A DNA stretch of 64,000 nt from Felis catus. Lineage: Eukaryota. The stretch's first letter is position 1; each line of letters starts with the position of its first letter. The notes beneath the pieces are model-generated. The model did not search any database, was not told where the DNA came from, and saw only the letters and a list, made by a program, of their open reading frames with translations. Of the stretch, positions 40,101 through 55,503 are shown piece by piece. The position numbers were made by a program, and so were the translations under genes. The DNA lies in the NCBI RefSeq assembly GCF_018350175.1, contig NC_058369.1:23686001-23750000 (forward strand), in the 5' to 3' direction.

Positions 40101-40747
40101 GGTGATGAGTGCATGGCATGCGGGCGGGTGCCAGTCCTACGCTCTCGCCTGGTCACCTTGGCCTCCGGGCAGCAGTGCCCACTGGCCTGGCCTCGCAGCA
40201 CTGTGCCCAGCGGTCCGGGAGGTGGCGGGTGCCTATTTACGGTTCCTACTACCCACAGTTCCTCTGCCAGTCACCCACCCGCCTGCTCCCCACCCCAGAG
40301 TCAGAGTGGTGCTGGCAAGCTGCAGAGAACCTGTCAGGAACCTGGAGGCTGGAGTGAGCTAGAAGGCTCCTTCCACCCAGAACAGCTCCCTTCTTCCTAT
40401 AAAGACTCATAAGGGGCTCTATTTTTGTAGAAGGGGTGGGGGGGGGGGTAGCAGAATGTACTTCCTTGGCATAAAGGGTTTCAGGCACTCAGCTAATGTG
40501 CAGAAGGGTTTTGCAGATGTATTTAACCTTTGCTCCCCTTTGACTAAAATAAAAAGCTAATGCCCCGAGGAGATTCTAGTATGATTTCCTGGCACAGTGT
40601 TCACAGATTTCCTCCTCCCTTCCCCCACTGTCCTGGAGAAAAACTGTCTTCCGTGTAACCTCATCTGCCAGAATTCAATTTAGCTCACAGCTCAAATTAT
40701 AAAACTTACAAGAAGAATTCACTCACTATTTAAAAATGTGGATGTTA

Positions 40748-40977
40748 TGGATGTCTGGGTGGCTCAGTCAGTTAAGCTTCCAACTTTGGCTCAGGTCATG
40801 ATCTCACAGTTTGTGGGTTCGAGCCCCACGTCGGGCTCTCTGCTGACAGCTCAGAGCCTGGAGCCTGCTTCGGATTCTGTGTCTCCCTCTCTCTCTGCCC
40901 CTCCCCTGCTCACAGTCTTTCTCGCTCTCCCTCTCTCTCCTTCTCTCTCTCTCTCTCTCAAAAATAAACAAACGTTA
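40748..40977 (+). mobile_element. Can-SINE in intron 4
   Basis: TSD AAAAATGTGGATGTTA 40732-40747 / AAAAATGTAGATGTTA 40978-40993; (CT)n and A-tail. Confidence 0.9.
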
Positions 40978-41518
40978 AAAAATGTAGATGTTAAATGAAA
41001 TTCTAATATTAAAGGTGCTTTTTCCAACTCTCCAAAACCCCCTCTCTCTACTTGGAAATTCCTTGACCTTCTCTCCTTGGTTGCTAAGCCCCTGATAATT
41101 TCTCTTCGTGAGAGAAGTCAAAGAAATCCCCTAAATGGATGAAAGTACCAAATATGGGCACAATGAGGCCCAGAGAGTCAACCACATCTCTGTCCTGAAG
41201 GCACTTCTGGTCTGAGGCACCGGGCACACTGTATGCACAGGGTAATGTGACATGTCCCCTGTGAGGACAGGGACAAGCTTTATGGGCTCCCACAGAGAGT
41301 GGGGCTGACATGCCCATTCTGTGGCCTTGGTCGGCTGCAGTGGGGGAGACAGAGTCCACCACAGCAACAGGAGGCTTAAGAAAGGAGAGGCCACAACTGC
41401 CCCCGCCCTGCCCCGAGCAATAATCTGACCCCTCAGGGCACCACAGGTAAAAATCTACAGTTTAGTCCTTCCCCAACACCTCCAAATGTATAACATCAAT
41501 TAAAAAAAAAAAACAAAC

Positions 41519-41738
41519 TTTTTTTTTAATCTTTTTTTTTTTTTTTTCCGAGAGAGACAGAGTATGAGCAGGGGAGAGGCAGAGAGTGAGGGAGACACAA
41601 AATCTGAAGCAGGCTCTAGGCTCTGAGCTGTCAGCACAGAGCCCGACGTGGGGCTCGAACCCATGAAAGTTCATGACCCATGAGTTCATGACCTGAGCCA
41701 AAGTTGGACGCTTAACCAACTGAGCCACCCAGGCTCCC
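41519..41738 (-). mobile_element. Can-SINE in intron 4
   Basis: Reverse head gggagcctgggtggctcagttggttaagcg; TSD-like taacatcaatt / taacatcagtt. Confidence 0.9.
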
Positions 41739-43092
41739 TTAACATCAGTTTAAGAAGAAGCTAGGTTAGCTGGAACTATCTAGATCATCTTTGACTTCTC
41801 TGCTCTCAGCTTATGTCCAACAATTATGATTAATCAAGCACTTACACTGACGTTAAGCTCAGCCCTTGGATTGAACCACGAGAAACCGTTATTTAATTGG
41901 TCAGAGGTAGTCAAGTATTGGTAACTTCATCTGGATCCACCTACTATATGATCCTGGTTAGTCCTCACATAACGCTAAGTGATAGTTCGTGCCATGGCAT
42001 CCAACAGATGTAGAAATGTAGAAACTGAGGCTCATACACAGAAAGGAACACAACTGGAATTTAGCCTATAGCCCTTTACCCCGAGCTGTGACGCAGGCGT
42101 TTAATAAAAACACGCCTGGGCTTGTATTGCAATCCATCAATTTTCCTCCATGGCCATGAAGTGGTTCTCTAGGGCCTCAGTTTCCCGAGCTTTAAAAATG
42201 AGGGTGTGCGGTTAGAGGGCTCTAAGGCTCCTCCCAGTCTTCTGTATTTTACTCTGTGATTATCTTCCCTTTTCCTCACCCCAAAATACAGAAGAGTGAA
42301 ATCTCTGACCAGAAAGTTCCTGGCACCTACCTTGGGTTCTGTGAAAAAATAATGGCCCTGGTTTTCAATGCTGCCAAAGTTAAGAAAAGTTTCACCCCTT
42401 CATTTTAAAGCAGCCATAAAGTGCCATGTGTTTAACCACAGGAAAAAAGGGTCTTTTTAACTATTGTGGAGAAGCTTCCCACCAGGAGAAGGGAAGAGTG
42501 GACCCAGAAGGCTGGTGAGGGCTTGCAAAGCTGGTCTCCCTGGGCACTTCTGAGTGGCTCCCCCTTCTATCCAGAGCCACCCTCGATTGGCCTGATGGTC
42601 AGACCTATAAAATTCCACACTGCTAAAAATGCTATAGTTTTCCTAGAAGAACTCTTAAAACAAAACAAAACCCTCAATCCCTCAGGCCTGCTATCTTAAC
42701 GACACAAGGGGAGGCAAGCAGAAAGCAAGTAAGGGAAAAGGTAAGTTCTGGAAGCTGAGGTGAGGGCTTTCTCCACTGGGCACCTACTGGGATAAATAGT
42801 TCCCTCTCCCAAATTTAAGCCCAACCACAAACATGTTCCAGGGAGGAGGGCGAACGTTATTCACATTTTTACTTCTGAGCTGAGCTGGGCTGGCCAATTG
42901 CACCGGGGACTAATTAAAAAAGGCAGAAAAAGCTCTTTCTCAGGCAACTGCAGGAGCACCTTTGCTGGAGGGGGCCCGGGAGGGATGATTCACCTTCAGG
43001 AGGCCTTTCTGGGGCGTGCACCCCCCCTTCAGAGAGGCCCATGTGTAGGTGGGGCGGGGAGGAAGGGAAGCAGAGAGAGGAGGAGAGAGCTA

Positions 43093-44073
<981 letters not shown>

Positions 44074-47000
44074 CTAAACCTGTTCCTACAGTACTGTAGT
44101 GAACCGTGCCTCTTCTTAAATCCCAAACCGGGTTAGCCTGGTGACTTCTCCTTCAGGAAGATGGAGGTCTACTTTCACAACAGCCTGCTGTCTCTGATGC
44201 TACTTCCGCAGCCCCCTTCCCCACCCCATAGCCTCTGCCTCAAAGTGTTGGAATAACAGCAAGAAGAGAAAAAGCACAATCTCAGGGGAGAAGAAACAAA
44301 AAAAGGTCTTCTCTTTTCCCCTCTTTCTTGTAAAGAATACTTCCCTGTAAGACACTGATAGAGGAGCCCAGCCCGGAGGAAAAGGGAGGCGATCACAGAC
44401 TACCTTAATTTTCACTTGTACATGGAGACATTTCTGTAACAAGAAGCCACTGAAAATAAAAATGTCGTGCTGTGAGAGAGAAAGGGTTAACACCCTGCCA
44501 GCTGAAGCTGGGCCTGAGGGGTATACTGGGGGGGGTGGGGGGGTCATTCCCCTCAACTATAAAATAGGGGTATTGAACTAGGTGCCTAGGTTAAAAAAAA
44601 AAAGCCCCTTCTGGCCCTGAAATCCCTGTACATGAATAAGTTGCTCCTACACTTAAAAAGCTTGCTAACCATCTTTTTTTTGGGGGGGGGGATGCAGCAG
44701 CAGAACAGCTGACAACAGGACTCCGCCCCAACCAGTCTGAGGAGGAGGGCTGTACCAATTCCAGGGCCCATGGGCTGCCCTTCTCTTGCACTTCAGCTCT
44801 ACATTTCAATCCACAGCCATTTGTGATTCCTCCTTCCAGGAATGGTGAAGATTCCCTTTTACCACAGACCTTCCCTCCCACGATTTTAAAATATGAATAA
44901 CCTGAGGAGTGTGCTGGTGGTTGACAGGAGGATCCAGGAAGTTCCTCAGGGGTGTTACATCTATCTAGCTCAAATCAGAGAGCCAGAGAACATCAGGGGA
45001 TGGAGTGAAATGAGGTGGGCAGGCGGATTCTAGGGAGTTATTTGAAGATTAACACTGATAGCACAGAAAATATTGTGGCCCTGGATGGGACACTTGTAGA
45101 ATAAGGCAGCAGCTAGCCAAAGACATAAGAAAAATCCTCTGGAGACAGAAGAAAATAAGACACTGTCCTGTGAGTAGATAGCGCATAAAAGGGCTTTTAT
45201 ACAAAAGACAATAATGCTGCTTTTTGTCATGAGTCTACCTTGAGCATTTCCTTTCTTGCCCCGGAACACAAACTGGTAGAAATCTCCAAGCTAATTGGTC
45301 ACTGCAGGGAAAACGTCAGTTTGACAAGTGCTCTTTGGCTAACAGCCTGTGGACACAGTCCTCCTGGATGGAATACTACTGGTTCAGTTAGGCTTCCTGC
45401 CCTGTGAAATCTACATCTATTCGGACCCTCAGGCCCCTTCAAAATGGAGCCTCTCTTACATATCTTTTCACAGTGTGGAGACAAAGAAGAGACGGAGACA
45501 AAAGCTGGAGGAAAGCGTAGGGTGATGAAAAATGAGAAAGTTTCCAAAATGAAGAGTGGGCCCTTCACGGAGGCAATTGTATACAGAGCCTCCCAGGCAA
45601 CTGGCACCCTAGAAAAATGAGTTGAAGAGGGATGGAAATGGCAGCCTGAGTTTCTCAGACAAGGGCCCCATCACAGGGTCAGATTCTCATGGACAGGAAT
45701 TGCTCTTCACATCCCTGGTGTACTGAGTGCTTTGGAGGGGGTGATGCACGCGTGCACACACACACCTTTCAGCATCAAAGTTGTTTTAAATTTTCCCTTA
45801 GCTCATTCTCTTCAAACAGACTCATAAATAGAAAAGTGAAAGCCAAGTAAATTTCCCACTATTGGGGTTGGGTCCATGTTCCTCTTCCACAAAAATCTAT
45901 TCTGTTTTTCTTCTCTCCATCTCTTTAAATAAATAGAAGAGAAGGCCCCATCAGCCTTTCCACTGCGAACCACCCAGCAGCAGCTTCCTATGCTGTGAGA
46001 CCCCAGGCACCTGGGGGACTTTTGGCAAAGGAGAATGTGTTCTCAGATGCCCAGGACATCAGCTAACTTGACAGTGGTATCTAGCAAGGCTCCCTTGGAG
46101 GCTGCCAGGAGGGACCTGGGACCCACTTACCACCAACCCAGATGGGAATACCACACAGCTGAGGACCAGAGAGAGTATCTGCAAGGGACAATTAAATATA
46201 AGCCTTTGTACCAAAGGTTCTGCTTGTTCCCTGAGGGAGTAGGCCCTTTGAATCTTGGACCACATTTTAAATAAATCTTCAGCAGAACTCAAATCCACTT
46301 AGCAAATGATAGCTTATTCTGAACATTTTGGCCCAAAACAGGCTACATATGAAGACAAGAAGAGATTCTTAAATCAAAGCTGTGTTCGAGGGACTACACA
46401 GAGAACCTTTCCAATTGCTGTCTTGCTTCCTGGCTACCATTAAAAATGTATTGATTTTTGCTAACTCATATACCTGTGAAAACATGCCCCCATTATTTTG
46501 AGAGGAAGGCAATTTAGGGGGAAGGCAAAGGTGAGAAGAGAAAGCTGACAACTTACCATTCTGATACAGCTAAAAAAAAAAAAAAAGAGGTTTTGAACTT
46601 ACAATTTCAAAATGCAGAATGGAATCTCCACCACATCCCCAATTAACTACACAGGGCACCCCATATTCAGGGAAAGCTCCTGTGTTCCTGACGCTGAACT
46701 CCTAGATTCAGATCCCAGTATATACATTAGCACTTTTTAATCATTAACAGGAAGGACAAAGCCCTATGAAACTGCAGGCTGAGGCTGCAGACCATTTTCC
46801 CATTCAATTAAAGGAATGGCTTCCAGTCCTGTATTATTTTAGTATATGAAGTCGCTTGGCTCAAACATCCACTGACAACTCTTTTTTGTTCTCAATGAAT
46901 GCACTTTTCAGGGTTTTTAAAAAAGCATTTTATCCACCCGTGACGGATATTAAGCCAACTTTTTTTTTTTTTTATCTTCAGTCAGTCTAAACAGTTAATT

Positions 47001-47645
47001 GCTTTGATAAATGGCTTCTTATTTTAGGAATCACTGCAGTCATATTAATTATAAGGGCTTGTTTGCATAAAACTAAATGGACCTAAAATACTCACACTAG
47101 AAAACACACATAGGATCACATCTGTCAGATAGCATCCTATGCTATTAAAGCAAACCAGAGGCAAACTGATTTTCTAAATGCTTCGCCTTTAGCCCAATTT
47201 TAAGGCCACCTCCTCCCTGCAGGGAATAAGTTCAATGATACATTTAATATACAGAATCTGAATGTGAGCAATACATTTAAGATTTTTTTTAAGTTTCTAG
47301 GTTGAGATCTGAAGCATGTGCTTTTACATCAATTGCCAAAATCACAACGTAAATTGGATCACTTCTAATTAAAATTCTTTTTGGTACTAAAAATAAAGCT
47401 TTTTAACATATATATCTCTATAGCCTCAGGAAATATCTATATTAGGAAAATTAAAACCTTATTCACTTCCAACATATCCAGCATCCGAAAGAGGACAGTA
47501 TTTAGTTTGATGCTTGGGCCATTTGAATTGTGGCTTACGAGACTTCTAACAGTTACAAGAGTTTTGAAGTTTAAAAGGATATAAATGACTCAGCTTTCCT
47601 CATCCACTTTTGAGAAACCAAAATAAGTGTTCTGCTTCTATTTTA

Positions 47646-48194
<549 letters not shown>

Positions 48195-49389
48195 TCAAGA
48201 TTTACGTGAACTCTCGAGGTAGGCCCCCTGAAAGCATGTCAGCAATACATGGTTTTAAGCACACAGATGCTTTTTCTCTCCTGCTTGTCCTCATGACAAA
48301 GTATGAGAAGGGCTTCATAAAACTTCTCTGTTTAAACTGCACTCAGAAAACGGAGGTATTGTAGTCCCCACCCCGCCATCTGGCTCCTCAGCTAGGTTTT
48401 CACTCCCTTCCTTGCCCTCCTTGCCATATACCTGAACCAATATTTCCAAAATGCGCTCAGAAAAGGGGGAAATGGCGGTTTTGGGGATGGGCCTCTGACA
48501 TTAGAGAAAGTGACTCACTTTGCCCCACAAATTGGACCGATCTGCCTTTGCAAATGTATGAATGCCGAAAGTAGACACAATTAGACACGGGGAGGAGATA
48601 GAGGTTCCTTCTGACTGATGGAAGGATGCTGAGGCAAATAGAGAGACTGGAGAAAATTCACCGTGTTCTGGACATTTTAAAAGGGCTCCTTATGTGATTG
48701 TGAAAGACCCAAGACAGGGTATCCTGTGAGTACAAGTCATGTTTGACAGTCAGAAAAACGCTGTTCATTTACAGGGAAAAAATATCCAGAAGGCCGTCAG
48801 AAATAATCCCCTGGATATACTGCAGTCGATCTACAAGGCCCCTAACCAGAAAGAAACCCTCATTTAGGGACATTTGACTACTTCAAGTTAACTTCCTTTT
48901 GATCAAATTTCCAGCGCAAATACTTCCCCACTTGGAGTTTAGCTGTCTTCCTACAACTCTGCCTACTTCAGACCCTGAAGGTTAATAACCTCAAGTGACA
49001 GAAAATAAAAGCTGGAACTCACTTTTACTACCCAGAGGTGGCAAAAAGTAAATTTTATAGATGGGCTTACAATTATTACAGAAGTGAATTTTGGTTCCCT
49101 TTTATTACGTGATGTACTACAAGCATACATCTGAACAAGGGCCTCATAGAGAAAAGCGAAGATTTTATAGGTTCCCATTCCCTATGGAGCTAAAGATAAG
49201 CTTGACAATATTAACAAGTTAAAAGAAAATTCTGATTTCCAGATATATAAGGTAAAATATATTATATACATATGCATTAGATAAATGGACTCAAATTCAC
49301 GATTCAGCTCTGAAAACTGCAGCATCATACAAATGAATCTTTTAAAAAAATTAAAATAAAATAAAGAACATGTACTTAAAAGGAACTTA

Positions 49390-49551
<162 letters not shown>

Positions 49552-49719
49552 TTATTGCCTCTCAGATAATTTTCAAGCATACAAGTTTAAACAACGGAAG
49601 CATCCGGGGTCTCTTAAGTTTACTGTTGATTGACTGCGCTTCTCCTCCGTGAGTTTTTTGATGGCAAGATATAGGCAGTTTCTTTTTCCAAATTAATCCA
49701 CCCACGCAACCTCACCAGG

Positions 49720-51950
49720 AAATCTGATTTCGCTGGGATCCTGCGCGCGGGGCACGCCAGCGATTACAAACATGTCTCAATGCTGTTGAGTCAAAGCCCC
49801 GGTGCCAAGCGCTGCCTCTTTCCTGCTTGTTCGCTTCCCGCACCCCCTCGCTCCCCTCTAGTCCGCGCTGTGCTGGGTCCTTCCTCGGAAGGAATTCACT
49901 CGGGAACCCGCCGCCACCCTCGTCCGCTCCCCAACCTGGGCCGAGCAACAAGTGGAGCCGGAATTAATTCCATGGGCGAGAGCAGCGCGAAGGCGAGTGG
50001 AGCGCGCCACCGGCGGCTGCGGAGGAGGCGGGGTGGCCGGCTCAGGGGTGGGGGAGTGGGGGTTGGACGCGGGAGGGAAGGGCAGGGGGTGGGGGGCGAG
50101 GCCCCGGGGAGCTGCGTGCGCGAGAGTGCCCAGCTGGGAAATGCAGCTCGGAATTAACAGCGTATGTTTCATAATCAGTTTACAGGCCGCTTTGGGGGAA
50201 GCCACTTCCAGAGGGGGAAGGGCAACCGGGGTTTCCTTAGGATACTCTTCAGCCAGACTGGAGTGGGGAGAAGGCGATGGGGGGGGGGGGGCACTAGGGA
50301 TAACGGGGAGAGAGATCGGCTCTCTCAACCAAGGAAACCGGAAAACAGTGCCCCCTCCCTTGCCTGCGGGCTCCTCCTCGGACTCAGTGTACCCCAGAGA
50401 AGGGATAGCACCCCGAGGAAAGAAGGGGGTCCGGGTCCCACTGTCCTAGGTGAGGATCCCTTCCTTGCCTTCCCACAAGTTCTGATTTTTCATTTCACTC
50501 TCCCTCCCGCTCCCCCCCCCCCTTCTGTCCCCACTCCTGACAGCTGCCACGGAGAAAGAGGAAAGGAAGCCAAGGGCGACTCCAGTTTCCTCCGGTTATG
50601 GTCTGGTGTTGTCGGCCACTTCGCCATCGCGCCACAGTGAGCCTGCCCTTAGAACACCCCACCCCACCTTCCAGCCCAATTCAGACTCGGTTCGGTAAGT
50701 CCCGGACGTTGAGGGTGCAGGGCGAGGCCAGAGCCGGTTCGAGTGAGCCCTAGGCGGGGCCAGAGATGCGCCGGCTTCCGCGGCGGCTGAGCCCCTGGAT
50801 TGCAGGGCTCAGAGGGCCCAGACGGTGAAGGTTCCCGTCGTGAAGCATTTCGGGGGCGGGGGGCGGCCTTGAAAGATTTCGCTGCCGTTCCTCCCCACTG
50901 GTGACTTCTCCACCTGTAGGCGGCGGCGGCGCGAGACAGTGGCGGGTGCGGGTGGGAGGAGCGGGTTTCCAAAATCCCCTTTTACATTTCTGATTAGGGT
51001 AGCTCGCTGCACCGCCCGCAGCCCCCAGGGAGCCCTTTCCTCGGGAAAGGAAAGGTGAGCCGCCTTGGGCAGCAGAAGATCGTGGAACGTGCGCCGTCAA
51101 AGGGGCAGAGAGGACCTAGGCGGCCTTAGAAACGCTTAGGGGCCCAGGAGCGTGCCAAGGCTTTTCCCAGCCCGCCGTCCTTTAGACCAGGACAGCTCGG
51201 GGCTTCTCCGAGAGGAAATGTTTATGTGGTCCCCAGTGCCCGCTAGCCAGCGCTCTGACCCCTTGGCCCACTTGTTCTCCAAACACCGCAAAGCGAGGGG
51301 CGCATCCCGGAGAATAGAAACCTGGGATTTCCCCAGCCTAGGAGAGAGAAGGCTCGGTCTCCCTCCCCACCCCCGCCCGAAGTGTCAAGTTTCTTCTAGG
51401 GGAGGGGGTGGGCTGCGAGGTCTGCCTTCGCGCGCGGCCCAGGCTGCAAAATCGACTCTCCCCCCTCGGCGGACAAGGCCGCGCGCGCACACACACACAA
51501 CACACTCATGCACATTCACACAAACACATGCACAGACACACGCACCGGCGTGCTTCCGAGACACCGGCGGAGAAGACTGCTGGCCGCGCGCACTTTCCGA
51601 GCTTCCCGACGGGCGGGGCGCGCGGGGCGGGGCGCGCGGGCAGCGGAGAAATTGATAACAGATTCGGCGGATTACAGCGGATCTCTTTGTTAGAGGCGAA
51701 GCCACACAAACCGAACCGACTTTGGGCCGGAAGACCCCGGGGAGAGTCCGCCCGTTCCCAGCTAGGAGTGGGCCATTGGGTCTACGAGACTCGGTCTCCC
51801 CAGCTCCATACTGGGGATAGGCCAGCTGTGTCCCAAAGGGGATCGGGCAGTAGAGCCCCGCGAGTCGCGTCTCCACTTAACCCCGCGCGCTTGCCCGGAA
51901 ACACCTTGGCCTTCCTCCCGCTCCAATCCCCATGCAACCCCCAAAAAAGG
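49720..51950. promoter_or_regulatory. CpG island of promoter B / exon 1b
   Basis: High CpG density and several GGGGCGGGG boxes immediately upstream of exon 1b. Confidence 0.8.
49936..50030 (-). other. WNT5A: WNT5A alternative first exon 1b (short isoform / promoter B); 5' end approximate
   Basis: ...CCACTTGTTGCTCGGCCCAG|gttggg donor lies 411 nt upstream of the exon 2 acceptor, inside a CpG island. It matches my recollection of the human exon 1b 3' end. Confidence 0.7.
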
Positions 51951-54900
51951 CCCCACAAGTTTGAAGCACTGAAAGAACCCACAGCGAAGTAATAAATACA
52001 TCGACTTTGTAGGGTAAACACCCCTGCCTGTTTACCAAGAGATCTGATCCGAAAAGACCGTACGAAACGAGACCTCTCTGGACACTGTCACACCAGGGCT
52101 AAAACAAAAGTTCTGCGCAGAGACTGAGTTTACCAAAGAACGGGCTGAATGTTTTCGGACACTTCCAGGGCCCGCGAAACTCACTAATGTACGGATCCTC
52201 AGAATCTGTTCCTAGCGTGTGATGGGGAGGAGGATTTCGGGTATTTGAGAGGTTCTAGCGCAAGGGAGGGGTGAGGTGGGGGTAGGGCGTTCCTGCGCCC
52301 TTGTTTCCAAAGTCAGAGCAGCTCAACGCAGTGGTGCTTACTCGATATCTCCTCCAAAGCCTTAGCATTGGATTCAGGTGTGCCTAAACCTTCTTTATCA
52401 ACTGGGGTGCAGGCGGGGGGGGGGGGACGGGGGTGAAGAGGGGTGAGAGAGGGGAAACCATCACTCTGGTTAGAAGAGGTTCCTGGGTCACAGAAAGCTT
52501 CTCTACCACGCGCAGCACCCAAATCCTCGGCCCCACCGCCCCTAAAGAGAAATTCCGCAAAGGCAGGGAGAAGATTCTCGACCCTTGGCCACTGGTGCTA
52601 CCTCACTCGGTCTGGGCATGCCCTTCCACTAGACTTTTTGCGTCCAGAGTGCCCCCCCCCCGCCCCCGCCTGCCCAAGTCTGTGAAAATGGAAATGATGA
52701 GGGAGACCAGCGAGGAGTCTGAAATGTATGACCTGGGCTCACGGTGGCTAAAAGGATAGGACACTCCAAGAATGCCAGCTCTTGGTGGGAAATAAACTTT
52801 GTCTTCCCCACTGTGATCTCTCCTTGAAGGAGAGAAACAGAAAATTGCGGAAGATAAAAGGCATCAACCACAGCATTGGGACGTCCTGCTCCAGGAAATG
52901 CAGAGAGAAGCGGAGCGGATAAGGATGAGCAAGCCCAGGCGGACAGGAGATCTGCTTTGGGGGAGCAGGCAAGGAGGGAGCAATCCCTCACTCCCCTAGC
53001 CTGGGCGCCGGGTGTCCCAGGCCGCGCCTCGCCGCTGCCAAAGAACGGTGTCTACTGCGCTCCAAGTGTGTGGTGTGTGTAGGGGGTGGGGGGTGTAGGG
53101 AAGCCAGACAGAGAAGGTGGTGGGAGCTCCTTTCGCCCAAATCAGTGCAAGGATTGCCCAGGCTCAGGACTGAACCGCAGGTCCGGTAACAAGGACTCTC
53201 CAAAGGCAGAATTGTGGCCAAGCCCGGCTCTGTTCCCTGTCTCCCCACTTCCATCCCCTGGACAAGTCTCTCCAGACTTCAAGACTCTCTCTCCTCGCAC
53301 ACACGTATCACTTCCACCTTCTCACACAGGTTGTCTAACTCCTAGCACAGGTTCTCAACTCTATCCAGAAGAACATAGTGTCCAGTGGAAGGAGAAAAAA
53401 CTAAAGATCAGTTCAACCCCTATCCTTCAGAGGCAGTTTGAACTCCACTTTTTAATAGACGAAGAAATTGAGGCCGAGAAAGAGAAAGCAACACTTGTCA
53501 CCTCCCACTGACGGCACTGGTGAGAGCGCAGAAGCCGGACCCTAGGCCTCCTAGGGCGACGCTCCCGTTCCTTCACCCTGGTGAGGAGGTAAACCCTTCC
53601 TCCACACGCCCCAGCCCGGTTTGCTGGATCGGACCTCTGGCCCCTTCCGTACGGCGGCGGCCGCGCATTGCAGCTTGTCCTCTGGGAGTCTCGGAGAGGC
53701 CCTCCTGGGAGGGGAGAACCTGGTGGTCGGGAAGGACCAACGGAGCCAGAGGTGGGAGGGAGAGGAGAGCGGCTGCCTGCCGGCCCCAAAGAACAGACTC
53801 CCAGGTGTCCTACCTCAAGGCAGCCAACAGGGGGCAGTCGGCACCGCACGGCGAGGATGAAAAGGCAGCGGGACAAGCAGAACTCCGCGCGCACGGTACT
53901 AATAACCCCTTGTGCACCGAGGCGCTCCGGTGAGGGAAGGGAAAGAACTAGGGACTCTCGGGCCAGTCCTCCTGGGGAGGGTCCTCCTTTGTGGGGCCGG
54001 GCGGGACTAAGGCTAGTAAGCCCAAGACCCGAGAACAACTGACCCTTTACTCCCCCCCACACGCAGGGCACGGATCTACATACTCGGGACAGAATTTCCG
54101 CGGCCTCTCCATCGCTTGCGCGCACTCAGCATTGCCCCCTCGGAACTCCCCTGGCAGAGGCTTTCTAGAAACGAAATCTCCATTATCAGGCTGGAGCAGC
54201 CTGAATATTGGCGGGAGGGCAGGGTCTGTAGGTGTGATCCTAACCCAGCCTCCAAGTGACTTCCCAAACATCGAGTTGTCCATTTAAAGACGCAAGAGGA
54301 GAAGGCGCCCCGATGCCAAACTGGAATTGTAAAGTAAAACAAGGCCGCGGGGTCTCCAGGTTTCGGGCTCTTTTTAAACTTTTTTTTGGTGGGGGATGGA
54401 GGGGGGATGTTTGTTTTCGAAAATATCTTCTAATTCCAACCTTATTTTCAAGAAAAGTAAAACAGATCAAGAAGAGTGGAAATAAGGATCGAAGCTTGGA
54501 GGACAGGGATAGGAGAAGTTGTTTGCAAAATAGCAAGTTATATTGCAGGAAGAAATGTTAACTTTTCGCAAAAGTGAACTCCCGGTGACCCTCAGAGTGT
54601 GTGACTCGGCTTTAACATACAACTGACAATTAAAACAAACAAGAGTTCACAAACTGCCTCCCGCCCGCTCTCCCAACGCGGAGGCCCAAATGTTTCCAAA
54701 GGACAGGGCAGATTCTGCGCAGGGGGCCGGGGTGCGCTCTCCCAGCGGACGGGATTAGAGCCACCACTGCCAGCACTCCCCGCCCCCATCACCGCGGCAA
54801 AGTGCCTGAGCTCACCCAGTGGCGGCTAATAATGCTAATAACGCGACCCGGCTCCCGCGCCGGGGTGCGCGCTGGCCCCCCACCAGGCACTCTTAAAGGC

Positions 54901-55497
54901 ACACGGCCTGCAGCTCTAGGATTCCCTGGCCTCGACGAGGCTGCAACCTGGCCTCCGGCAGCAGAGGACGAGAGAAGAGGGGGCGGTGCACGGCTCTGGG
55001 GTGTCGGCTCCTAGTCCTGCTGCCCAGTCTCCCGACCAAGGAGTCCTCCTCCCCTTTCCGAGCCCCGGCCACACACCCTCTCCGTGCCCGCGCAGTGGGC
55101 GCTCCGTAAATATTTGTTGAATTGAATCATTATCCTGTTACTGAAATATACATAGTAAATTACACTGGTGTTTCTCAGGGCAAAAGGAAAGTCATCTGTG
55201 AACCGCTTTTTTCTGTCCTGGCTCATCCTCACTTTTTTTCCCCCCAAAGTCTAAAAGGTTTGCAGAACTTTTGGTGGGACAAGAAGTCTCCCGGGAGATA
55301 GGCAGTGCGCGACGGGGTTGGGGCGTGGGCGAAGGGGTAGAGGTCCCTGCCAGCTACGCAGGAGTTCCAGCTTCTAGAGGCAGCAGGAGAAATGGAGGGA
55401 TAAGGAAGGGGGGGGGGAAGGGGGGTCAGTTAACTTCCAAAAGAAAAAAAGTAAAGAAAAAAAAGTGGCGAGCGTCGGCAGCGCACAGAACACCTAC

Positions 55498-55503
55498 CTT
55501 CAT
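55498..55503 (-). CDS. WNT5A: WNT5A coding exon 1a (ATG AAG = Met-Lys), long isoform start
   Basis: Minus strand reads cctcgccATGAAG|gtaggtg, with a purine at -3 and a canonical donor. Joins exon 2 in phase to give [26 protein letters not shown], matching the WNT5A N-terminus. Confidence 0.93.

Noticed and set aside
50692..51060. Plus-strand donor-like sites (TCG|GTAAGT, AAG|GTGAGC) hinting at antisense exons
   Set aside because: Isolated donor matches are common; I could not build a matching acceptor or exon structure.
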